Shown: positions 11,597-20,463 of the stretch, one piece after another
Numbering within the stretch: position 1 is the stretch's first letter
Layout of the letters: every line of letters begins with the position of its first letter
NCBI GenBank assembly: GCA_051439505.1
Contig: JBFRWI010000135.1
Location: forward strand, 1 to 64,000
Length of the DNA: 64,000 nucleotides
Direction of reading: 5' to 3'
Source of the DNA: Hormoscilla sp.
Lineage (GTDB): Bacteria; Cyanobacteriota; Cyanobacteriia; Cyanobacteriales; Desertifilaceae
The notes under the pieces: generated by a model
Database searches by the model: none
What the model was told of the DNA's origin: nothing
What the model saw: the letters and a program-made list of their open reading frames with translations, nothing else
Made by a program: the position numbers and the translations under genes

Positions 11597-13270
11597 CTAG
11601 GGAGATATATTACTGATCGCCCGTTGGATATTAGCTAAAGCCCGATTATAGCCGAGCACCGCCTGCACCCGGTTGAACTCAGCCTGTGTCAAATCAGTTT
11701 CCGAGTTGATCACGTCAGTTTGAGTACCCACACCCGCCTGAAAGCGCAACCGGGCCAGTCGCAGGGCTTCCTTGGCCTGTTCCAGAGCCGCAGAAGCCGT
11801 GCCAATATTCTCAAAACTGGAAATCAAATTGAAATAGGATTGTTCTACCTGCAAGCGGATCTGGTTGCGTTGGTCGGCAAAACCCGTTTCCGCGATCGCC
11901 GTTTCCGCCTCTTCCTGAGCTGCCCGCGCCTTGGCCTGTCCCCCATCGAACAAATTCCAAGTGACTCGCGCGCCCAGGGAGTAACCATCACCAGCTCCCT
12001 GAGCAGCCAAGTTGTCATCGCTGGTCAACTTAAGCACATCGTAGTTAGCAAACAGACCGATCTGAGGTCCGAGGGTTGCCAACCGAGCTAGACGTTGCTG
12101 CTGGTTCAGTTCCCGAGTTGCCAACTGGGTCTCCAACTCCGCCCGGTTCTGAAAAGCCAGCAAAATGCTCTGTTCCAAAGGTCTGTCCCAGCTGCCAGCA
12201 ATCTCCACCGGATCTGCTGCCGAGACATCAATAAACTGGGGTAAACTCAGTTGCTCCACTAATCTCCGGCGGGATAAGCGCTGCTGAGAAATCGCTTCCG
12301 TCAGTCTTTGCACTTCCTCCGCCAACTGCACCTGGGATTGCAGCACGGCAAATCTGGTGCCTACACCGGCCCTTTCCAAAGCTTGGGCATCTCGCAGACT
12401 GCTTTCGGCATTGCGCACGGCCTGCTCTCGGATCCGTACTTGTTCGTCGCTTTGCTGAAGGTCATAGTAGCTTTCCGTCACTCCTAGACGCACCTCCTCC
12501 TGCAAGCGCTCGATTTCCAGTTCGCTCAAGCGCACCTGCTTTTTCCCCACCCGGATGTTAGCAGACCTCAAACCGGAAGTATAGATGTCATAATTTAGTT
12601 CTAACCTGCCGCTCACAGTAGTAGTAGGAGCATCTGGATCGGGTTGTCCGGGGAACCTATCTTGGCCCGCAGCCGTAATCTGACCTTGAGGAGTCTGCTG
12701 ACGAGTGATATCCGCCTGAACTCTGAGGGTCGGATACTCAGCTGCTAAAGCTTCTCGCAGTTGGGCTTGTGCTTGTTCCAGTTGCAGTTGAGCTATCTGT
12801 AGATCCCTATTGTTGCGCAGTGCCAAATCTAGTGCCTGCTGCAAGGTCAGGGGCTGGGTTCCCAGAATCTCCACTTCCTCTGGTGTAGTCGGCAATTGTA
12901 GCGGATTGGGACCCGGGTCGAGATAAAGATCCCGGGAATTTTGCAACTCCCTTCTGACGGGTGGTCTTTGTCCGTAGATATCGGGAAGGTTCGCCCCGGG
13001 CTTTTGTACCGCCAATTCTACCATCTCTTCAGTTTGGGGCTCGGCTAAGTCGGTACTTTCTGGCAAAAAAACTGCTGTTAGTTCTGGCTCCCAGGCTTTG
13101 ACAGAGCGTATCGTGAAGGGAGCAAAGTAAAAACTGATCCGACTCTGGTCGGATGCATCTTGGGTGGCATCCAGCGTGGGGCTGGTCTGGGCCATGCTAT
13201 TCGGGCTAGTCACTCCTAGGGCGATCGCGGCGATCGCACTCACACCAATAAAATTAAGCTTTTTCGACAT
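11597..13270 (-). CDS. TolC family outer membrane efflux protein (HgdD-like)
   Basis: Signal peptide; two OEP repeats (LTLQQALDLALRNNRDL; ARLRFQAGVGTQTDV). Confidence 0.93.
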   Translation of the reverse strand: MSKKLNFIGVSAIAAIALGVTSPNSMAQTSPTLDATQDASDQSRISFYFAPFTIRSVKAWEPELTAVFLPESTDLAEPQTEEMVELAVQKPGANLPDIYGQRPPVRRELQNSRDLYLDPGPNPLQLPTTPEEVEILGTQPLTLQQALDLALRNNRDLQIAQLQLEQAQAQLREALAAEYPTLRVQADITRQQTPQGQITAAGQDRFPGQPDPDAPTTTVSGRLELNYDIYTSGLRSANIRVGKKQVRLSELEIERLQEEVRLGVTESYYDLQQSDEQVRIREQAVRNAESSLRDAQALERAGVGTRFAVLQSQVQLAEEVQRLTEAISQQRLSRRRLVEQLSLPQFIDVSAADPVEIAGSWDRPLEQSILLAFQNRAELETQLATRELNQQQRLARLATLGPQIGLFANYDVLKLTSDDNLAAQGAGDGYSLGARVTWNLFDGGQAKARAAQEEAETAIAETGFADQRNQIRLQVEQSYFNLISSFENIGTASAALEQAKEALRLARLRFQAGVGTQTDVINSETDLTQAEFNRVQAVLGYNRALANIQRAISNISP

Positions 13271-13468
13271 AACTAAGATCTCTGGGCAGTAAGCGTAAAT
13301 TTTCTCGCAGTATCAGACTTGCAACCAATAGCAGCATACTGGCTTGCTATGGGGCCAGACTTGAGAAGACACTCTTTTAGCATCCCTGACAGGTTGGCAG
13401 TTTCCTATAGTAGGACTAAAGTTTAAGTAAGAATTGTATCAACAAAATTATACCTGTAGTCTAGGCGC

Positions 13469-14596
13469 GTGAACAACATTCCCTCTATCGATCTCAGCGG
13501 GCAGTACCGGGTCATTGCCGCAGAACTGGAAGCCGCTGTCAAAGAAGTCCTGGCTAGCGGTCGTTACATCGGCGGCCCCCTAGTGTCTGGATTTGAAGCT
13601 CAATTTGCGGCCTATTCAGGAGCTACTGAATGCGTGGCCTGCAATTCCGGTACCGACGCCCTCTATCTGGCCCTGCGATCGCTACAGATCGGGCCTAGAG
13701 ATGAAGTGATTACCACCCCTTTTACCTTTATTGCTACGGCTGAGGCCATTTCGGCGGTGGGAGCAACGCCAGTGTTTGTCGATATCGATCCGGTAACTTT
13801 TAATTTGGACCTGGAGCAATTGTCCGCAGCCGTCACGGCCCAGACCAAAGCGATTATACCAGTTCACCTGTTTGGCCAACCAGTCGATATGACTCGCTTA
13901 ATGGCGATCGCCAACTCTCACGGTCTAGCTGTGATTGAAGACTGCGCCCAGGCTACCGGAGGCGAATGGGCCGGTCAAAAGCTGGGCACCATCGGTCATG
14001 TGGGCTGTTTTAGCTTCTACCCTACCAAGAATTTAGCCGCCTGTGGTGATGCTGGTGCTGTAATTACTAGAGATCGGGCGATCGCCTCCAGGATCCGACA
14101 ACTGCGCGATCACGGTCGCCGCCAGGGCTACGAACACGTATATACCGGCATTAACTCTCGCCTCGACGCCATCCAAGCTGCCATCCTGAAAATCAAACTC
14201 AAGTATCTCGATAGCTGGAACGAACAACGTCGCCAGATTGCTTCTCGTTACCATCAGCTGCTGCAACCACTTCCAGATATCATTTGCCCCCAAGATATCT
14301 CCGGCGGTTTGACTGTCTGGAATCAATACACAATTCGGATTACCAGTCAAGCAAAAAACTCCGGCCTGCGGGACAGAGTGCGTTCCCAGTTGCAGCAACA
14401 AGGCGTGAGCACAATGGTTTACTATCCCCTGCCCTTGCATCTGCAACCGGTCTACAAACATTTGGATTATCAAGCCGGTCAACTGCCCGTTGCCGAGCAA
14501 GCTTGCCGGGAAGTCCTCTCCTTGCCCATGTTTCCCGAACTGGACAGCCAGCAACAGGCGATCGTAGTCGCTCGCTTGCTCGATAGCTTAACTTAA
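13469..14596 (+). CDS. DegT/DnrJ/EryC1/StrS PLP-dependent aminotransferase
   Basis: CNSGTDAL, IIPVHLFGQ, IEDCAQA, SFYPTKNL, NSRLDAIQAA. Confidence 0.95.
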   Translation: MNNIPSIDLSGQYRVIAAELEAAVKEVLASGRYIGGPLVSGFEAQFAAYSGATECVACNSGTDALYLALRSLQIGPRDEVITTPFTFIATAEAISAVGATPVFVDIDPVTFNLDLEQLSAAVTAQTKAIIPVHLFGQPVDMTRLMAIANSHGLAVIEDCAQATGGEWAGQKLGTIGHVGCFSFYPTKNLAACGDAGAVITRDRAIASRIRQLRDHGRRQGYEHVYTGINSRLDAIQAAILKIKLKYLDSWNEQRRQIASRYHQLLQPLPDIICPQDISGGLTVWNQYTIRITSQAKNSGLRDRVRSQLQQQGVSTMVYYPLPLHLQPVYKHLDYQAGQLPVAEQACREVLSLPMFPELDSQQQAIVVARLLDSLT

Positions 14597-14685
14597 CAAG
14601 TCTTTACTTTTTTTCACAATTACCTGTCAATAAGCGGGTTGTGATGAGCTTAATTGCCAAAAACGCGGTAAAAAATTAATCTAAC

Positions 14686-14715
14686 TTGACATTAGCGCTA
14701 AAAAAGTTGTAGATT
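14686..14715 (+). promoter_or_regulatory. Putative sigma70-type promoter for the ABC1 kinase gene
   Basis: TTGACA-N18-TAGATT. Confidence 0.4.
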
Positions 14716-14850
14716 ATTAAAGGATATTAAAGAAAAGATAAAAAGCGAACCGACTCCCAGTTGGGTTAGATAACCGATCGAATAGAAGTGACATGCCCAC
14801 ATCCGAATGGGGTCACTGGCAATAAGCAACAATTGTTGAGAGGCAAGAGT

Positions 14851-16593
14851 GTGAAGCAACATCAACTAGAGCAGTTGAGGAAATACGACCAACAGGCGAT
14901 CGCTCAGTATTATAGAGGGCGTCCCTGGCAGAGCATTGGGCGATCGCTCTTTGTGATGTGGTGTTTTATCGGTTTCATCTTAGGCATGTGGTGGGACAAC
15001 TGGACCCGCAAGAGCGATCGCAACAAGCTGAAACGAGCGGCCCAACTGCGGCAGATCCTTACCAGTCTGGGGCCAACCTATATTAAGGTAGGACAAGCCC
15101 TGTCTACGCGACCAGACCTAGTTCGCAAAGACTTCTTAGATGAACTGGTGAAGCTGCAAGACCAGTTGCCACCCTTTCCCACTAGCGAAGCATGGAGGCG
15201 GATAGAAGAGGAACTGGGTCAAGGGGTGGGAGAAATTTACAGGGAAATTTCTGCCGAACCGGTGGCCGCAGCAAGTCTGGGTCAAGTATACAAAGGACGC
15301 TTGCACAGTGGCGAAGAAGTGGCCATCAAGGTGCAGCGGCCCAACCTGATCCCAACTCTGACTCTGGACCTGTACCTGATGCGCTGGGGGGCCCGACGGT
15401 TTGGTCGGTGGTTGCCTCTGAATTTGGGACACGAGCTGACTGAGATTGTAGATGAATTTGGCACTAAGCTATTTGAAGAAATCGATTACCTCAATGAGGG
15501 TCGCAATGCGGAAAAGTTTGCCAATAACTTCCGAGATAATCCCTTGGTGAAAGTGCCAGCGATATACTGGCGCTATTGCAGCCAGCGGGTGCTGACCCTG
15601 GAATGGATTAATGGATTTAAGCTGACGGATACCGAAGAACTTACCAGGCAGAAACTAGACACCGATACCCTGATCTGGATCGGGGTCACTACAGGTCTGC
15701 AACAGCTGCTAGAACATGGATTTTTCCATGCCGATCCCCATCCGGGAAATCTGTTTGCCCTGTCGCCTCAATGTCCGGTCGATCGAGAACGGGAACCTGT
15801 CAAGTGGCAGGATGGTTGCCAAATGGCATATATTGATTTCGGCATGATGGATCAACTGGAGGAGGAAACGAAGGAAACCCTGGTGGATGCGGTGGTGCAT
15901 CTGATCAACAAAGATTATGTTGAGTTGGCGGCGGATTTCGTCAAGCTGGGCTTTTTAACTCCAGATGTCGATATTTACGAGATTGTCCCGGCCTTGGAAG
16001 CGGTGCTGGGTGAGGCGATCGGTGAAAGTGTTAAGGACTTTAACTTCAAGACAATTACCGACAGCTTCTCGGAACTGATGTATGATTATCCTTTCCGCGT
16101 CCCGGCTAAGTTTGCTCTGATTATCCGTTCTCTGGTGACTCAGGAAGGGTTGGCTCTCAGTGTAAATGCGAATTTCAAAATTGTCGAAGTGGCCTATCCC
16201 TATGTGGCCCGGCGTCTGTTGACGGGAGAATCTCCTAAACTGCGGCGGCGGTTGCTGGAGGTGCTGTTCAAAGATGGCAAGTTCCGATGGAACCGCCTGG
16301 AAAATATGATCGCGATCGCTCGCAACGACTACGGCTTCGATCTGATGCCCACAGCCCAGCTAGGTCTACAATATCTGCTATCGGATGAAGGTAGGTTTAT
16401 CCGGCGGCAACTGCTGCTGGCCCTGACAGAGGACGATCGCCTGCACACCGAAGAAGTTCAACGGATCTGGAATTTGATTAAAGTTGACTTGGAACCGAGT
16501 CGATTGTTAGATGTAGCTTGGGGTGCTCTGACAGACTTCTCTAGAGAAAGAGCGGCGGCCCTGTTGCCCTCAGTTATGGCCTTCAAGGGCTAA
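14851..16593 (+). CDS. AarF/ABC1/UbiB family atypical kinase
   Basis: LGPTYIKVGQALSTRPD, AAASLGQVY, VAIKVQRP, FHADPHPGN, IDFGMM. Confidence 0.95.
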   Translation: MKQHQLEQLRKYDQQAIAQYYRGRPWQSIGRSLFVMWCFIGFILGMWWDNWTRKSDRNKLKRAAQLRQILTSLGPTYIKVGQALSTRPDLVRKDFLDELVKLQDQLPPFPTSEAWRRIEEELGQGVGEIYREISAEPVAAASLGQVYKGRLHSGEEVAIKVQRPNLIPTLTLDLYLMRWGARRFGRWLPLNLGHELTEIVDEFGTKLFEEIDYLNEGRNAEKFANNFRDNPLVKVPAIYWRYCSQRVLTLEWINGFKLTDTEELTRQKLDTDTLIWIGVTTGLQQLLEHGFFHADPHPGNLFALSPQCPVDREREPVKWQDGCQMAYIDFGMMDQLEEETKETLVDAVVHLINKDYVELAADFVKLGFLTPDVDIYEIVPALEAVLGEAIGESVKDFNFKTITDSFSELMYDYPFRVPAKFALIIRSLVTQEGLALSVNANFKIVEVAYPYVARRLLTGESPKLRRRLLEVLFKDGKFRWNRLENMIAIARNDYGFDLMPTAQLGLQYLLSDEGRFIRRQLLLALTEDDRLHTEEVQRIWNLIKVDLEPSRLLDVAWGALTDFSRERAAALLPSVMAFKG

Positions 16594-16686
16594 TGGTTAA
16601 TGGCTAATGGTTAATGGGGCAATTAGCCATTAGCCATTAACCATTAGCAATTAGCAATTAGCAATTCTCAATTTTCAATTAGCAAT
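16591..16686. repeat. STRR heptamer repeats (TAATGGY / CATTAGC-AATTAGC, inverted arrangement)
   Basis: Tandem 7-mers forming a large hairpin downstream of the ABC1 gene. Confidence 0.8.
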
Positions 16687-16699
16687 ATAGGAGTTATTT

Positions 16700-17071
16700 G
16701 TGTATTACATTACCGAACCACCTTATTTTTTAGTGGTAGCAAGTTTGCTAGCTGGGATTGCATCGGGGATTGCATTTTATGCATCCTTGACGCAATCGGT
16801 GCAAGAATGGTCGAAAAACCGCTCTCAAATTACCCTAGCAAATATGCGGGGGGAAAAGCTGTTGATTCCGTTTATCGGGATAAGTGTTAGCATTTGTGTT
16901 TTTCTAGCTGCTGGTTTACAGATTTTCTACTTTTCAGCTAAGTTTGCCTACGGTGTATCAGCACCACTTACGGTTTTCATTTGCTTGCTAGTTTGGTATC
17001 AACTGGGTCAAATATTAAATCAGTTGGAAAGGGGAGGTTCTAAGGCCCTGGATTTGGATGCTTGGAAATAA
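16700..17071 (+). CDS. Conserved cyanobacterial membrane protein
   Basis: Three hydrophobic segments; C-terminal LERGGSKALDLD. Confidence 0.8.
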   Translation: MYYITEPPYFLVVASLLAGIASGIAFYASLTQSVQEWSKNRSQITLANMRGEKLLIPFIGISVSICVFLAAGLQIFYFSAKFAYGVSAPLTVFICLLVWYQLGQILNQLERGGSKALDLDAWK

Positions 17072-17214
17072 TTAATTGAGGCCCGGAACAGCCGGGCTGT
17101 CTGGGAAATTGAGAAAAAAGAGCTGGATTATTTTCTGATTAATATATTAATATTATTAAGCTGTAATTGCTGCGACAATAAAAAATAATAATAAAATAAT
17201 AATGAGGTCCACAC

Positions 17215-17832
17215 ATGGCAAAGCCACTGGTTTTAACATATGACGGGAAGGAGATAGCATTTTCACTTGCAAAAGTAGACCGAAGCAAATTATATGGTTC
17301 GGTGGATATCGAAACCCTTGATGAGGATGGAAACAGTTGTGAAATGGCCGTTTTAGCCGGGGATGGAAAAACATTGCTGGGCAAGGGAGGCACTGCTTTG
17401 GCTTATATTTCCCAAAAGGGGGAATGGTGCGACAAATCAAACCTCAAACCCGTGGATTTCGACGGCAATGAAATTAAGCCCGTGCAATCGAGTTTCAATC
17501 AGCAGAATCCCTTGGAACGAAAAGTTACCATAGATGAATTCCTGAATTTCAATATTCGTTCCTCTTATATGCTCAATTGTGAAACAGAATTAGATCCTAA
17601 GTTACTGGATGAACTCGGAAACGGCGCTATTTATGCGTTTCCATTCAGTTATCGTGGGGGACTGGAACCGGATATGGCATTTCTATTGAAAGGTACGGAC
17701 GATACTATTTGGATGCTGGTAGGAAAGGAAACCGAAATTAGTTTTATCGGATACGAACAAACCGCTGCTGTCGAAGAAGCGGATTCGGAAATCGAAGAAG
17801 ATGACGATATGATGGATTTTGGCATGATGTAA
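17215..17832 (+). CDS. Hypothetical protein, putative divergent Ku-like protein A with acidic C-terminal tail
   Basis: Clean ORF with GAGG RBS. Pattern SSYML...LLDEL...IYAFPFSYRGG...AFLL...IWMLVG recalls the Ku barrel (inference only). Confidence 0.8.
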   Translation: MAKPLVLTYDGKEIAFSLAKVDRSKLYGSVDIETLDEDGNSCEMAVLAGDGKTLLGKGGTALAYISQKGEWCDKSNLKPVDFDGNEIKPVQSSFNQQNPLERKVTIDEFLNFNIRSSYMLNCETELDPKLLDELGNGAIYAFPFSYRGGLEPDMAFLLKGTDDTIWMLVGKETEISFIGYEQTAAVEEADSEIEEDDDMMDFGMM

Positions 17833-17917
17833 GCTGTCGCGCATTTAAATTGCATATATCAAAATCCTGAAACCATTGCACTTCTTCGATTTTTTGAATT
17901 TTGAATTTTGAATTGCT

Positions 17918-17940
17918 TGTAGGGTGGGCACCGCCCACCA
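17918..17940. repeat. GTAG REP palindrome (GTAGGGTGGGCACCGCCCACCA)
   Basis: Identical copy at ~28869-28890; variants at 20215, 31487-31534 (tandem) and 62427-62444. Confidence 0.75.
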
Positions 17941-18015
17941 TTGAGCTTTAATTCCGCCGATTGAATGTGTAAATATTTTTGTCCACTTACTTAAATTATT
18001 AGAAGGAACAGTATC

Positions 18016-18720
18016 ATGGGAACAATAAATATCAGTAACAGCCGGGGCCGGGATGCAGCCGTAAGTACGGAATCAGTTTCATCGGTTGTGAAAATGCGCT
18101 GGCTAGATATCCATGGCAGCCAGGCAGAAACAAAAAAAATTCTCAGAGGTACGATGGATCGGGATTTGGAGGCTTTGCTGGAAAAATACGGCGATGTGGA
18201 TAACCTTACCCAAGCACTGATAAATGAAGACCCGGAAATAGATCTGGAAACATACGGCAGTTTTCTGAAAAATACGGCTCGGGTATATATCGATCGGAAA
18301 AGGGAAGTCGTTCATCGGATCGTGCAAAATGAAATAATTAAAAACCCGGACGGCAGCGATCGGGAGAAACGACCGAGGCAAATGCCCGAACCGAACGTGG
18401 CGACGGAAATTCCGTTGAAATGGACCGGGAAAAAGATGAAAAAATCCCAAGTATTCAATAAGTTCGTTTTTTCCGGAAAACTTCAAATTACCCATATCAA
18501 CGGACTCACTTATGATTTTCTGTATGCCATAGCAAAGGAGTTGGAAGACGAAGACTGCCTGATGTTGGTGGGATCCGGCCCTAAAGGAAACCAGCGTTTG
18601 ATTTTTCGTCGAGGCGCTACGCCCTACCGGGGCTTCCTGGAAGGCCGGACTCAAGATGACAAATATGCATTGATTCTCCATCTTTCCAATATGGAGCTGA
18701 AAAAACCTGCTGATGAGTAA
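18016..18720 (+). CDS. Hypothetical protein, putative divergent Ku-like protein B
   Basis: Clean ORF with AAGGA RBS. C-terminal YDFLYAIAKELEDEDCLMLV...LIFRRG...FLEGR...YALILHLSNMELKKP recalls the Ku core C-terminus (inference only). Confidence 0.8.
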   Translation: MGTINISNSRGRDAAVSTESVSSVVKMRWLDIHGSQAETKKILRGTMDRDLEALLEKYGDVDNLTQALINEDPEIDLETYGSFLKNTARVYIDRKREVVHRIVQNEIIKNPDGSDREKRPRQMPEPNVATEIPLKWTGKKMKKSQVFNKFVFSGKLQITHINGLTYDFLYAIAKELEDEDCLMLVGSGPKGNQRLIFRRGATPYRGFLEGRTQDDKYALILHLSNMELKKPADE

Positions 18721-18734
18721 GGGAACAATTGATT

Positions 18735-20204
18735 ATGGATACCGTTATCGATCGCGCGAGATTGGTCTATAAAATCGGCAATTATGCCACAGGTCCGGCG
18801 AATGCTCTGAAAGATCCCATGTTACATCCGAAAGTGCAAATGTTTCGCCGGAAAATGGCGGCGACTATGCGACCGCTGGACAAATCCGATATTTCCCAAA
18901 AAATCCCCACGGATAACTATCATATCAGCCGCAAAATTGACGGCGAATTTACGGTACTCCTGTTCGACGGCGAAAGCGCCATTACGGTCAATCCCGGCGG
19001 TACGGTGAGAACCGGACTTGATTTCATGGCAGAAGCGGCCAGTTTGTTGAAAAAAGCCGGAATTAAACAAGCCGCGATCGCGGGAGAATTATACTTACAG
19101 CCGGATGAAGATAAAACACGGTCCAGGGTTCGCGACGTCATCGCCATTGCACGCAAACCGGAAAATGAATCGGAGGTAAAACGGCTTAAATTTGCCGTGT
19201 TCGATATCGTGGAATGTGACCAAAAAACCTATCCCCTGTATGCCGATGCTTGGAATGCGATCGGGGCAATATTTGGCGACGGAGAAAATATCCATCCGGT
19301 GGAAACTGTTATCGGTGAAAACCCCGCTCAAATTAAGGAATATTTCCAGCAATGGGTGGAAGTTGAAGGCGCTGAAGGTGTCGTGGTTCGAGGTCAAGCC
19401 AGTGGTATTTTCAAAATCAAGCCCCGGCATAATCTCGATGCGATCGTACTTGGTTTTACTGAAGGTACGGGCGATCGCATGGGTATGATTCATGACGTTC
19501 TGGTGGGAATCATGCGCAAGGATGAAACCTTTCAATTGCTGAGTCATGTAGGCGGTGGATTTACGGAAAAACTGCGTCGGGACTTGCTTTCGGATCTCAA
19601 AGAGATCGTCGTGGATAGTGAATATTCCGAAATCAATACCGATCGCGTGGCATATCTGATGGTGGAGCCGAAATACATTATCGAGATATCCTGTTTGGAC
19701 CTGATGGCCGAAACTACCAGACAGGGGACTATAGACAAAATGGTATTGAACTGGAATGGTTCCCAAAAACGCTATGAAGTCATAAGACGCATGCCTTTAG
19801 TCAATGTGATTTCACCTCAGTTCGTGAAATTCCGGGAAGATAAATCCGTGAATCCCGAAGATTTAAGGATCGAACAAATAACCGACTTAGTTGAGGTGCC
19901 CCTGGCGGATATATCGGCAAAAGAATACAAATTGCCTGCAAGTACGCTGTTGAAACGTCGAGTTGCAACCAAAACCCTGAAAGGGGCGGAAATGGTAAGA
20001 AAACTGGTCATGTGGAAAACCAATAAGGAGTCTTCCGATGATTATCCTGCATATGTTCTGCATTTCACAGACTTCAGCCCGAACCGCAAAGACCCCCTTT
20101 CCCGGGAGATCCGAGTGAGTAATTCCGAAGAACAGATCGAAGCATTATGGTTGGAAATGGAAAAGAAGAATTTCGTTCGGGGTTGGAAAGTTATCAGGGA
20201 ATGA
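18735..20204 (+). CDS. ATP-dependent DNA ligase (adenylation + OB domain) with C-terminal WGR-like domain
   Basis: Motif I RKIDGE, III AGELY, IIIa FAVFDI, IV EGVVVR, V FKIKP; OB fold (LDAIVLGF...VGGGFTE...VEPKYIIEI...PQFVKFREDK). Confidence 0.9.
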   Translation: MDTVIDRARLVYKIGNYATGPANALKDPMLHPKVQMFRRKMAATMRPLDKSDISQKIPTDNYHISRKIDGEFTVLLFDGESAITVNPGGTVRTGLDFMAEAASLLKKAGIKQAAIAGELYLQPDEDKTRSRVRDVIAIARKPENESEVKRLKFAVFDIVECDQKTYPLYADAWNAIGAIFGDGENIHPVETVIGENPAQIKEYFQQWVEVEGAEGVVVRGQASGIFKIKPRHNLDAIVLGFTEGTGDRMGMIHDVLVGIMRKDETFQLLSHVGGGFTEKLRRDLLSDLKEIVVDSEYSEINTDRVAYLMVEPKYIIEISCLDLMAETTRQGTIDKMVLNWNGSQKRYEVIRRMPLVNVISPQFVKFREDKSVNPEDLRIEQITDLVEVPLADISAKEYKLPASTLLKRRVATKTLKGAEMVRKLVMWKTNKESSDDYPAYVLHFTDFSPNRKDPLSREIRVSNSEEQIEALWLEMEKKNFVRGWKVIRE

Positions 20205-20403
20205 TAGTTGTCAGTAGGGTGGGCACGCTCCGGGACCCCTACGCTGCCCGACCAGCAGCGGGTTTGGTCTTTTTTAACCAACTGGTGCAAGACCGCACCG
20301 GACCACCCGGACCACACCCCCTATCAAAGGCAACGTTTAAATAATCCCGGAGAACCAGAGTTAAGAATTATGGATATAATAGTAAAATAATCTCCTGCTG
20401 GGG

Positions 20404-20433
20404 TTGACAGTTATCGCGCTCGGGTGCTAGTAT
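20404..20433 (+). promoter_or_regulatory. Putative sigma70-type promoter
   Basis: TTGACA-N18-TAGTAT with extended TG, ~30 nt upstream of the kinase start. Confidence 0.45.
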
Positions 20434-20463
20434 GAGATAAACCCAGATAATTTGACAGAGGTA

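Noticed and set aside
20208..20390. Fourth gene of the ligase cluster
   Set aside because: The short ORF begins within a REP-like repeat and has no RBS or recognisable motif.
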